Shown one piece after another: positions 1-8,046 of a stretch of 64,000 nt of DNA; position 1 is the stretch's first letter, and each line of letters opens with the position of its first letter. The translations under genes and the position numbers were made by a program. Origin of the DNA: Chitinophaga pinensis (GTDB taxonomy: Bacteria; Bacteroidota; Bacteroidia; Chitinophagales; Chitinophagaceae). The notes beneath the pieces are model-generated. The model ran no database searches. It was not told the origin of the DNA and was given only the letters and a program-made list of their open reading frames with translations. The stretch covers positions 247-64,246 of the forward strand of contig CAMDNL010000001.1 in NCBI GenBank assembly GCA_945902975.1. Direction: 5' to 3'.

Positions 1-999
1 TTAGATGCTGCCAACAATACTGCTATGGAACCTTATCGTGCATTTATTGCAGATAAATTACCAAGCAAACAACACGCTACAGGTTTTTTAACACAAAGTT
101 TTTTTACAGGCTTGGGTATCACTTTAGCGAATATTTCTTTATTTGTGTTTCAGAAAAATATTCCAGGCACCTATGGCAGTCTTCCTTATTGGGTGTATGC
201 CTCTTTTTTTCTAGGAAGTATTTGTTCTATTGTGACCGTTGGCTGGTCAGTATTTAAAACGCCTGAGATTCCACCTACAGCGGAAGAATTAATTGCATTG
301 AAGGCGGAAAAAATAAATGTATTTACGCCTTTCAAAGAAATTGGTAATGCCATTGGCAATATGCCTAAAGTCATGTGGCAATTAGCATTGGTCTACTTGT
401 TTCAATGGTATGCCCTTTTTTGTTATTGGCAAAACGCATCAAAAAGTATTGCACAATCTGTTTGGAATACCACCGTCTACCAAAACAACCCAGCATACGA
501 CGAAGCAGTTGGTTGGACAGGATTGGTGAATGGTTGGTATAATATAATCACTTTTGTAAGTGCCTTCTTTTTACTTTGGTTGGCGAAAAAAATAAGTCCA
601 AAAATGATTCATGTAATCTGTTTAATCATGGCAGCTGTTGGCTTATTAGTGTTCCCGCATATCACAGATAAAAATTTATTGTTTGTCCCGATGGCAGGAT
701 TTGGTGTGGCTTGGGCAAGTATGATGGGCATTCCCTATTTATTGGTCGTGGATAAAATTCCAAAAGAAAAGTATGGCGTGTACATGGGTATTATTAACAT
801 GATGATAGTCATTCCAATGTTGATTCAAAATCTAAGCTTTGGTTATATCTTAAAACATTTCTTAAACAATGACCCTGGTAAAGCTATTAGTTTTGCGGGC
901 GTCTTGTTATTGCTTGCAGCAGTTGCTACTTTGTTCATTCAAAGTTCAGGCATACAACAAAACAATGATGGTACTATGACCATGAATGGTGGACATTAA
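1..999 (+). CDS. MFS sugar transporter (sucrose/maltose, SLC45-like), 5'-truncated by the window edge
   Basis: Frame is open from base 1 (LDAANNTAMEPYRAFIADKLP). Many TM helices. MEPxRA and GVYMGIINMMIVIP motifs are typical of bacterial maltose/sucrose MFS permeases. Confidence 0.85.
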   Translation, partial: LDAANNTAMEPYRAFIADKLPSKQHATGFLTQSFFTGLGITLANISLFVFQKNIPGTYGSLPYWVYASFFLGSICSIVTVGWSVFKTPEIPPTAEELIALKAEKINVFTPFKEIGNAIGNMPKVMWQLALVYLFQWYALFCYWQNASKSIAQSVWNTTVYQNNPAYDEAVGWTGLVNGWYNIITFVSAFFLLWLAKKISPKMIHVICLIMAAVGLLVFPHITDKNLLFVPMAGFGVAWASMMGIPYLLVVDKIPKEKYGVYMGIINMMIVIPMLIQNLSFGYILKHFLNNDPGKAISFAGVLLLLAAVATLFIQSSGIQQNNDGTMTMNGGH

Positions 1000-1027
1000 T
1001 ATTGATATTGATCTAAAATAAAAGGAT

Positions 1028-1981
1028 ATGAAAGTATTGTGTATTGGAGAGGCCTTGATAGATATGATTTGTACCGACCGAGGAAGTCGACTAGCTGATG
1101 GGCAAAATTTTTTAAAAAAGGCAGGTGGTGCTCCAGCGAATGTAGCTGCTGCTATTGCTGCGCTTGGTGGCCATGTAGACATGGCTGCAAAAGTGGGCAA
1201 GGATCCTTTTGGTCAACACTTAATTGATTTAATGAGTGAAATGGGTGTGAATACAAAATGGGTCATTCAAGACCCCAATGCATTTACCACTTTTGCCTTT
1301 GTTTCTTTGATGGAAGATGGAGAACGCGATTTTTATTTTAACAGAGGCGCCGATGGTCAATTGTCCATGGCCGATTTAGCAGGATTGAATTTAAAGGAAT
1401 ATGATATTGTGCATTTTGGGTCAGCAACAGGATTCTTACCTGGACCTTTACAAGCAACCTATATCGATTTATTGAATCAAGCAAAAGAAGCCGGTGCTTT
1501 AATTAGTTTTGATCCCAACTATCGACATTTATTATTCCCTAACAATACTGAAAGTTTTATTACTCAGTCTTGGCATTATATTCAGGCATGTGATTTCTTT
1601 AAACTAAGTGACGAAGAAGCCATCTTAATTACTGGGCTTGATACGGTGGATGCTGCAGCGGCTGCTTTAAGAACAAAAACCAATGCCGTATTTGCGATTA
1701 CACTCGGCAAGGAAGGTACTTTACTATCCACTAGCCATGGCACTGAAATTATTTCAAGTATTCCAATTACTGCTATAGATGCAACCGGCGCTGGGGATGC
1801 TTTTGTAGGTGCTGTTTTGTATCAGCTGCTTGGAACAACACCAAGTGCTTTACCAACCCTGCCGATTGAATCATGGCGCACCATGATTGCCAATGCCAAT
1901 AAAGCAGGCGCAAGAACATGTGAATACATGGGTGCTATGGAAGCATTTAAGCATTTAAACAATTCTATTTTCAATTCCTAA
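1028..1981 (+). CDS. PfkB-family carbohydrate kinase, probable fructokinase
   Basis: GGAPANVA, VGKDPFG, SFDPNYR and DATGAGDAF PfkB signatures. Lies beside a sucrose-active enzyme. Confidence 0.9.
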   Translation: MKVLCIGEALIDMICTDRGSRLADGQNFLKKAGGAPANVAAAIAALGGHVDMAAKVGKDPFGQHLIDLMSEMGVNTKWVIQDPNAFTTFAFVSLMEDGERDFYFNRGADGQLSMADLAGLNLKEYDIVHFGSATGFLPGPLQATYIDLLNQAKEAGALISFDPNYRHLLFPNNTESFITQSWHYIQACDFFKLSDEEAILITGLDTVDAAAAALRTKTNAVFAITLGKEGTLLSTSHGTEIISSIPITAIDATGAGDAFVGAVLYQLLGTTPSALPTLPIESWRTMIANANKAGARTCEYMGAMEAFKHLNNSIFNS

Positions 1982-2001
1982 ATTGCAAGTGCACTGTGAA
2001 A

Positions 2002-3945
2002 ATGACCCCATTACATCAATTTGGTACAGACCTCTTATCGAAATACAAAGTTGACACAACAAAAAAAGATAAGGCTTTTAGTCAACAATTTTTAGCGCAT
2101 ATTAATGCCATCGAAAACTTATTTGACGAAGTGTATGCATACCATCCAAAAAGAAATGAAGCATTCGAAGGCCTTTTAATAACACTGATACAGCAATACA
2201 AGGAAAGGTCCAAAGTCTTATTAAAAAAAGATGTAGAAAAATCCAAGCTAGGCCATTGGTATTTAAGCAATGAAATTACTGGGATGAGTTTATATGTGGA
2301 CCGATTCAGTGAAAACATTCAAGGACTACAAAAAAAATTGGATTACTTTAAAGAACTAGGCGTTAATTTTTTACACCTCATGCCCATCTTTGAAAGTCCC
2401 GAAGGAGAGAGTGACGGAGGTTATGCGGTATCGGATTTTAGAAAAGTAGCGAGTCGATTTGGCAATTTGCAGGATGTAAAAAATCTAATCGCAGACATGA
2501 ATGCAGCCAACATGTATTTAATGTTGGACATTGTTTTAAACCATACCTCACACCACCATGAGTGGGCAAAGAAGGCGAAGGCTGGAGATCCTTATTATCA
2601 AGATTTCTTTTATTTATATGATCATCGTGGCATACCTGATCAATTAGATCAAACCATGCCCGAAATTTTCCCTGAATCCTCCCCAGGAAGTTTCACCTAT
2701 GTGCCTGAATTGAATAAATGGGTGATGACCGTATTCCATCATTATCAATGGGACTTAAATTTTAGCAATCCAAATGTATTGGTTGCCATGATGGATACGA
2801 TTTTATTTTACGCGAACCTAGGTGTTGATATTTTACGCATAGACGCGCCTGCATTTATTTGGAAGGAGATTGGTACTGGCTGTCAAAATTTACCTAAAGC
2901 ACATACTTTACTCAGATTAATCAAACAATGTACGCAAGTGTCAAGCCCAGGCATGGCATTATTAGGAGAAGCCATTGTTGCCCCAAATGAAATCATCAAA
3001 TATTTTGGCACAGATAACTATACTGCAAGCGAATGTGACGTGGCTTATAATGCCACACAAATGGCATTGCAATGGGATGCGCTTGCTACTGGTGATACTA
3101 GAATCATGCTAAATGCTCAGCATCCTATTTTGCAAAAACCATATGGTTGTACTTGGATCTCCTACACAAGATGTCACGACGATATTGGATTGGGGTATGA
3201 CGACGAAATTATTGCAAGAACTGGATTTAACCCCTACCATCATAGAACCTATTTGAAAAATTATTACTCAGGTAGTCATGATGGATCGGTAGCTGCTGGT
3301 GCTTTATTTTCTGTCAATCCAAAAACAAATGACGCCCGCATCAGTGGATCCCTCGCATCATTGTGTGGATTAGAAAAAGCAATAGCATGGAATAATGCAG
3401 GTGAAATTGAAAATGCGTTGAGGAAAATTATTTTAATGCAGGCGCATTCCATGTTCATGGGTGGTATCCCTATGTTGTATTACGGAGACGAGATGGCCTA
3501 TACCAATGACTATAGTTATTTAAATGACCCAGGAAAAAGCTATGACAATAGGTGGATGCATCGACCAATTATTGATTGGAATAAAAATGAACAAAGGAAA
3601 AAGAAAGGGAGTTTGGAATACCGCATCTTTAATGCTACAAAACAATTGATTCAAATAAGAAAAGCGTTGCCCATATTGAGCGATTTTAGCAATGCAACTT
3701 GGATGACACCGCATAATATTCATGTGGCTAGTTTCATCCGTTCCTTTGAAGACAAAAAATTATTCTGTCTCTTTAATTATCAACCTGCGGACTCCTTTGT
3801 GACTTGGTATACCTTTAAAGAACATGGAATAAGGCCAGCACAATTAAAAGATCATTGGACTGGCCTTACGCATCATGTTGGTAATGACAATGAATATTTT
3901 GTATTAGGCGCTTATGAGTTCGCTATTTTGGAAGTGATTGATTAG
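2002..3945 (+). CDS. GH13 subfamily 4 amylosucrase/sucrose hydrolase-like enzyme
   Basis: SDGGYAVSDFR, LNHTS, RIDAPAFIW (nucleophile), GEAIV (acid/base), RCHDDIG and ARISGSLASL. No signal peptide. ATG at 2002, alternative GTG at 1996. Confidence 0.88.
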   Translation: MTPLHQFGTDLLSKYKVDTTKKDKAFSQQFLAHINAIENLFDEVYAYHPKRNEAFEGLLITLIQQYKERSKVLLKKDVEKSKLGHWYLSNEITGMSLYVDRFSENIQGLQKKLDYFKELGVNFLHLMPIFESPEGESDGGYAVSDFRKVASRFGNLQDVKNLIADMNAANMYLMLDIVLNHTSHHHEWAKKAKAGDPYYQDFFYLYDHRGIPDQLDQTMPEIFPESSPGSFTYVPELNKWVMTVFHHYQWDLNFSNPNVLVAMMDTILFYANLGVDILRIDAPAFIWKEIGTGCQNLPKAHTLLRLIKQCTQVSSPGMALLGEAIVAPNEIIKYFGTDNYTASECDVAYNATQMALQWDALATGDTRIMLNAQHPILQKPYGCTWISYTRCHDDIGLGYDDEIIARTGFNPYHHRTYLKNYYSGSHDGSVAAGALFSVNPKTNDARISGSLASLCGLEKAIAWNNAGEIENALRKIILMQAHSMFMGGIPMLYYGDEMAYTNDYSYLNDPGKSYDNRWMHRPIIDWNKNEQRKKKGSLEYRIFNATKQLIQIRKALPILSDFSNATWMTPHNIHVASFIRSFEDKKLFCLFNYQPADSFVTWYTFKEHGIRPAQLKDHWTGLTHHVGNDNEYFVLGAYEFAILEVID

Positions 3946-5036
3946 AACCTGAAACTCATTCCTACATTGATACTATAGTCTGCAAATGCAGCATCTCCTC
4001 TTGCAAAAACACCTGTCAGATTAGTTCTTACAATATCTGGATAGCTCTGTGGTCTTTCACGTCTTAAAGCCACTGGAGTGTATAGGAAAAAATTATATTT
4101 TTTATACATATAGGTTACACCTGGCTCAGCAGATAAAATATTACCAGGTCTTCTAAATCCAGTGCTCTTCCCTATCAAGTCATAAGTTGGAATGCACTCA
4201 TACCTTAAACCTAATGAATAAGCCCAAGCTTGTTTACTAAAATTCAATCCAGATCGAACCATGTATTGATCAGCGACACTCATCACATTCGATGTATACT
4301 TAATGGCATTTGCAGTAGGGGTACCACCTCTTGCTGTGCTTACACCATTATTATCCCTAGGATTCAATAAATAAAATGCGTTGGCATAAGCACTCCATGT
4401 TGTATTAATTTATCTAAATCCATTTAATTCAACAGTAACACCAAATCCGCCATCACCTGGTTGAATAGACTGATCTACATAACCAATTCTACGGGCGTTA
4501 GCTGTATATTGAAATTCATCCTGTGCTTTAAAATTTCCTGTTGGTAATTTGATACCTAGTCCTGCCATTAAATTTCCTTTTTTATTAGCATCAGGTGCAA
4601 TCAACCATCTATAGGCTGCAAGACGTATATCACCTAATCCTCTCGCTGCAGTTGCAAAACGATAAGGACTCGTATTTCCCAAATGTTCATATTTAGAAGT
4701 TCGATCATAATTCACAAGAGGTATATTGATGCCCACCATCCATTTACTATTGATGTTTCTTAATAAATTAAAATCCATTGCACTCATATAATTAATTACT
4801 TCTGATCCTTCTTCTACCCTAAATTTTTGCTCGTCTCTACCATTAAAGTGTTTGTAAGAAGTAAAGTACCTATAATTAATATTTAAAGTCCATTTTGAAC
4901 TGTCTTCTTCATGCATGCCTGCATGCTCCATAGTGCACAAGCCACCCACTGTTCTAATGGCTACGCAGCCTTGTGCATATGATTGATTTATAAAACCAAG
5001 GCATAACAATGCCAATAATATAATTGATTTTTTCAT
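3942..5036 (-). pseudogene. Outer-membrane beta-barrel transporter-like gene interrupted by one in-frame TAA at 4410-4412
   Basis: ORFs 4410..5036 and 3942..4367 share a frame: ...ELNGFR*INTTWSAYANAFYLLNPRD... Has a signal peptide, GLGDI and GIKLPTG barrel motifs, and a C-terminal aromatic residue (MSFRF). Confidence 0.8.
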
Positions 5037-5070
5037 GTGTTAGTTAATATATAATTCAATTGACTTGAAC

Positions 5071-6396
5071 TTAATTTTTCATTTTTAATTTAGAAACAAT
5101 ATAATTTCCTAAAGCCTGACCCTTTTCTGTACTTGTGATACAAGAATTGTGAAAGTGGATACCCCCGTAAAAGCGGGCCCAGTTGTTCTCTTCTGCTGCA
5201 TGTCTGAAGGACTTAAAGCTTCTGTTTTCAATACCAAACTCTAATTCAGTAGAATCGGTGTAAGCAAAATTGTCACCAAAAACACTTGTCAAAGCCTCTG
5301 CAGCTGCAGATGATACGGTTGAGTGTCCGCAAGTGTATTCAGGGAATGCCGGTGTTTGTAAAAGTGGTCTCCAATTAGGATCAATGTATTTATTGATCAC
5401 CGTCTCAGGACGAACTGTCTTGTAGGTATACTTTGCATCCCATGTGTGGATGAACGCATCAAATAGGGCAATAGCCGTTTTTGCGTATGCATACACCGCA
5501 TTATTAAAATCTGACTTTGCTGTTTTATTGGCAATCCCTACAATACTCATCCAATGTCCTGGAGGAGAAAACTTTTTGGTGCTAAACATGGCATGTCCTG
5601 TTACATTCACTTTGAATGGATTGTCATCCCAGAAATTAGCAATATGCTTTTGTTCTTCAGTTAAACTATCCCCTGCATTCTTTACCATCATTAAATGCTT
5701 ATAATATTCACTGTTTTTATCTGTTACGTTAAAAGCAGGTGGAGGTAAAGGTCTGAACTGGCTAGCACTATCAATGGCCATTGTTCTAATCTCCGCCCAA
5801 TGTGGTTCGGCCGCAGAGGCATACATAGGTGGTGTTGGCACCCAACGTCCTGGTGAATCTTTTACAGTATATCTTTCAGCACTTCTTGTTTGCGCATAAT
5901 TGTCTTTTTTACTCCAAGCAATAATGGTGGTACTTACTTCTTTAGCAAATGCTTCAGATGATTCAATCATCTTACTAGACATACCGTTTTGCTTTACCAA
6001 TTTCCTTAAACTATCTGTGTAGTCCTGCATGCTACCTTCAGGAAAAGTCACTGCCTGTCCTACTGTGGCATAGGCAACCAATGCGGCATATGGAAAGTCA
6101 ATATTCCCTGTGTCTTTTGGTTTAGGCAATGCTGTTAACCCTTTTAATTGTCCAGCTAAACTTTGGAAAGCTGTTGGATCGCCTGCTGCTACTACTTCAT
6201 AGCCTGCAATAGCTGCATAAGCATAGTTTCTGGATGCCACGATTGGACTAAAGTTATTACCCATCACCACTTGATTTAATTCATGCACCGTGTAGGCATA
6301 TAAATCTGGGTTATTGGTAATTTTTTTATAGTCATTGGATTGATTACAAGCAATCATAGTCATTGCTAGTAGCAATACAGTAAATAATTTATTCAT
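5071..6396 (-). CDS. Vanadium-dependent haloperoxidase / PAP2-superfamily lipoprotein
   Basis: Lipoprotein signal MNKLFTVLLLAMTMIA-C from ATG 6396. Motifs KYTYKTVRP, PAFPEYTCGHS and RFYGGIHF. Confidence 0.85.
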   Translation of the reverse strand: MNKLFTVLLLAMTMIACNQSNDYKKITNNPDLYAYTVHELNQVVMGNNFSPIVASRNYAYAAIAGYEVVAAGDPTAFQSLAGQLKGLTALPKPKDTGNIDFPYAALVAYATVGQAVTFPEGSMQDYTDSLRKLVKQNGMSSKMIESSEAFAKEVSTTIIAWSKKDNYAQTRSAERYTVKDSPGRWVPTPPMYASAAEPHWAEIRTMAIDSASQFRPLPPPAFNVTDKNSEYYKHLMMVKNAGDSLTEEQKHIANFWDDNPFKVNVTGHAMFSTKKFSPPGHWMSIVGIANKTAKSDFNNAVYAYAKTAIALFDAFIHTWDAKYTYKTVRPETVINKYIDPNWRPLLQTPAFPEYTCGHSTVSSAAAEALTSVFGDNFAYTDSTELEFGIENRSFKSFRHAAEENNWARFYGGIHFHNSCITSTEKGQALGNYIVSKLKMKN

Positions 6397-6492
6397 TGAA
6401 ATTGGTTGATAGTAAATACACAAATTGTATTCACAAATAATGCAAATACATGATGTAACAGCATTGCTTAAGCACAAGGCTGTTGCTAAAAA

Positions 6493-7056
6493 TTAAGCAA
6501 TCATTTTCGGAGGCGGACCTTTAACCGTTAAATAATTGCTTATTAAACGCGTGTCGTAACGATAACCAGTCGTTACCTTCGCCGAATTTGCTGGAACTAA
6601 ATGCCAGCTATTATTTTGTGTTATATAGTCAAAGCTGATAAACTTTGCTGTAGATTTTCCCAATGGAACAGGTTTTTTATCTGTACCATTATTAGATAAA
6701 TCCTGCGCTAATTTATAAAAATCTTCTCTTGCATTTTTGATATGCAAACGATCTTGGTTGGGTAATACTTTTAATTCAAGGCTATCATTGTAAATTCTTC
6801 TTTGAACATACTGATACACAATACCCTTGATGACAATCTCTCCATCCACTCTTTCGAATTGTGGATTGTTGGCATAATAAGGAAGGTTGATTGGCGTCTT
6901 AATAGTCACCAAATAGGACTCGTCATAGTTATTTTCTTCAATTAGATGGACTAATTGATCGGTTGCTTTTTGGTCAAAATAATTCGATACCAAACGGTAT
7001 CCAAATCCGTTAAAAAGCAAAATGCCCAAGAATAATATGGCGCCTAGTTTTTTCAA
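6493..7056 (-). CDS. Hypothetical membrane-anchored protein with C-terminal KGPPP motif (leader-like)
   Basis: 187-aa ORF with TTG start, an N-terminal hydrophobic helix and the ending TVKGPPPKMIA. Confidence 0.75.
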   Translation of the reverse strand: MKKLGAILFLGILLFNGFGYRLVSNYFDQKATDQLVHLIEENNYDESYLVTIKTPINLPYYANNPQFERVDGEIVIKGIVYQYVQRRIYNDSLELKVLPNQDRLHIKNAREDFYKLAQDLSNNGTDKKPVPLGKSTAKFISFDYITQNNSWHLVPANSAKVTTGYRYDTRLISNYLTVKGPPPKMIA

Positions 7057-7111
7057 TACACTAAAATAGCCATTTTAGTCAAAATTGGGCACTTATGAAA
7101 GGGGATTTTTG

Positions 7112-7119
7112 TAATTTTG
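7112..7119 (+). promoter_or_regulatory. Bacteroidota -7 promoter element TAATTTTG
   Basis: Matches TAnnTTTG, 21 nt upstream of ATG 7141. Confidence 0.55.
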
Positions 7120-7140
7120 ACCTCTCAATACCATTGTCTT

Positions 7141-8040
7141 ATGCGTAAAATCGTGCTCCTTTTATCCACTATTGTAGTCTTAAGCTTGGTGGCCGTTTAT
7201 TTACTAGTGCCAAAGCTGCTTATTATAAAGGGAACCCAAGCGGTCAATCAATCCGCACCAAGTGTCATTAGAGGGATGATGCAAACCGATAAATGGTGGG
7301 AGTGGATGCCAAAGGAAACTACATTAAACATGACTAGTACGATGGTGGCAACGATTCAAACTGAGCTTACCCTTGACGAAGTAAAAGTACCTGTTGAATT
7401 TTCAATTATTGATGATACAAGTAACAATGCAATCATTGGATTTGAAACCTCCATGGAGAATACCAATTGGTCTCCTATTGCTAGAGTTCAAAACTATTTA
7501 TTCGCAAAAAAAATACAAGGACAACTTGATCTTATACTTTCCGCTGCAGGAAATTATTACAATACTGTCAAAGGGGTTTATGGATTTGAGATTCAAGAAA
7601 CCAATGTTCAAGATTCTAGCTTGATTGCTTTAGATCAAGTGCTGATGGATACGCCTACCTTGGTTCAGATTTATGATATGGTAGCTCAATTAGAGCAACA
7701 TATTATTGCTCAAAATGGGAAAATAAAAAATGACCCAATGGTTAATATTACTAGGATCAACAAAGAGGAGGTTTATACCCAAGTTGCTATTCCTATTGAA
7801 AAAGATATTCAGGTGAAACCACCCTTCACCCTAAAGAAAATGGTATTAGGTAAATTACTTTCTGTCGCTGTGATAGGTGATGCTGCTACTGTGAATAGCG
7901 CACTAATAGCAACAAAACAATATCTAGGAGATAAACAAAAAACGAGTCCCGCAATTCCATATGTGATTTACAATACCAATAGAATGAAGGAACAAGATGC
8001 ACAAAAGTGGAAGTCGACTATCAATTACCCAGTATTTTAA
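7141..8040 (+). CDS. Membrane-anchored SRPBCC-like + GyrI-like small-molecule-binding protein
   Basis: N-terminal TM segment, a WWEWMP segment and a C-terminal GyrI-like repeat ending WKSTINYPVF. Confidence 0.6.
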   Translation: MRKIVLLLSTIVVLSLVAVYLLVPKLLIIKGTQAVNQSAPSVIRGMMQTDKWWEWMPKETTLNMTSTMVATIQTELTLDEVKVPVEFSIIDDTSNNAIIGFETSMENTNWSPIARVQNYLFAKKIQGQLDLILSAAGNYYNTVKGVYGFEIQETNVQDSSLIALDQVLMDTPTLVQIYDMVAQLEQHIIAQNGKIKNDPMVNITRINKEEVYTQVAIPIEKDIQVKPPFTLKKMVLGKLLSVAVIGDAATVNSALIATKQYLGDKQKTSPAIPYVIYNTNRMKEQDAQKWKSTINYPVF

Positions 8041-8046
8041 TAGGGC

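Noticed and set aside
4410-4412. Selenocysteine, pyrrolysine or alternative genetic code at the internal stop
   Set aside because: The codon is TAA, not TGA or TAG, and TAA terminates most genes in this window normally.
6397-6477. Cys-rich N-terminal extension MCLSNAVTSCICIICEYNLC on the haloperoxidase ORF
   Set aside because: It arises from an upstream TTG in a hairpin-rich spacer. The lipoprotein signal starts cleanly at ATG 6396.
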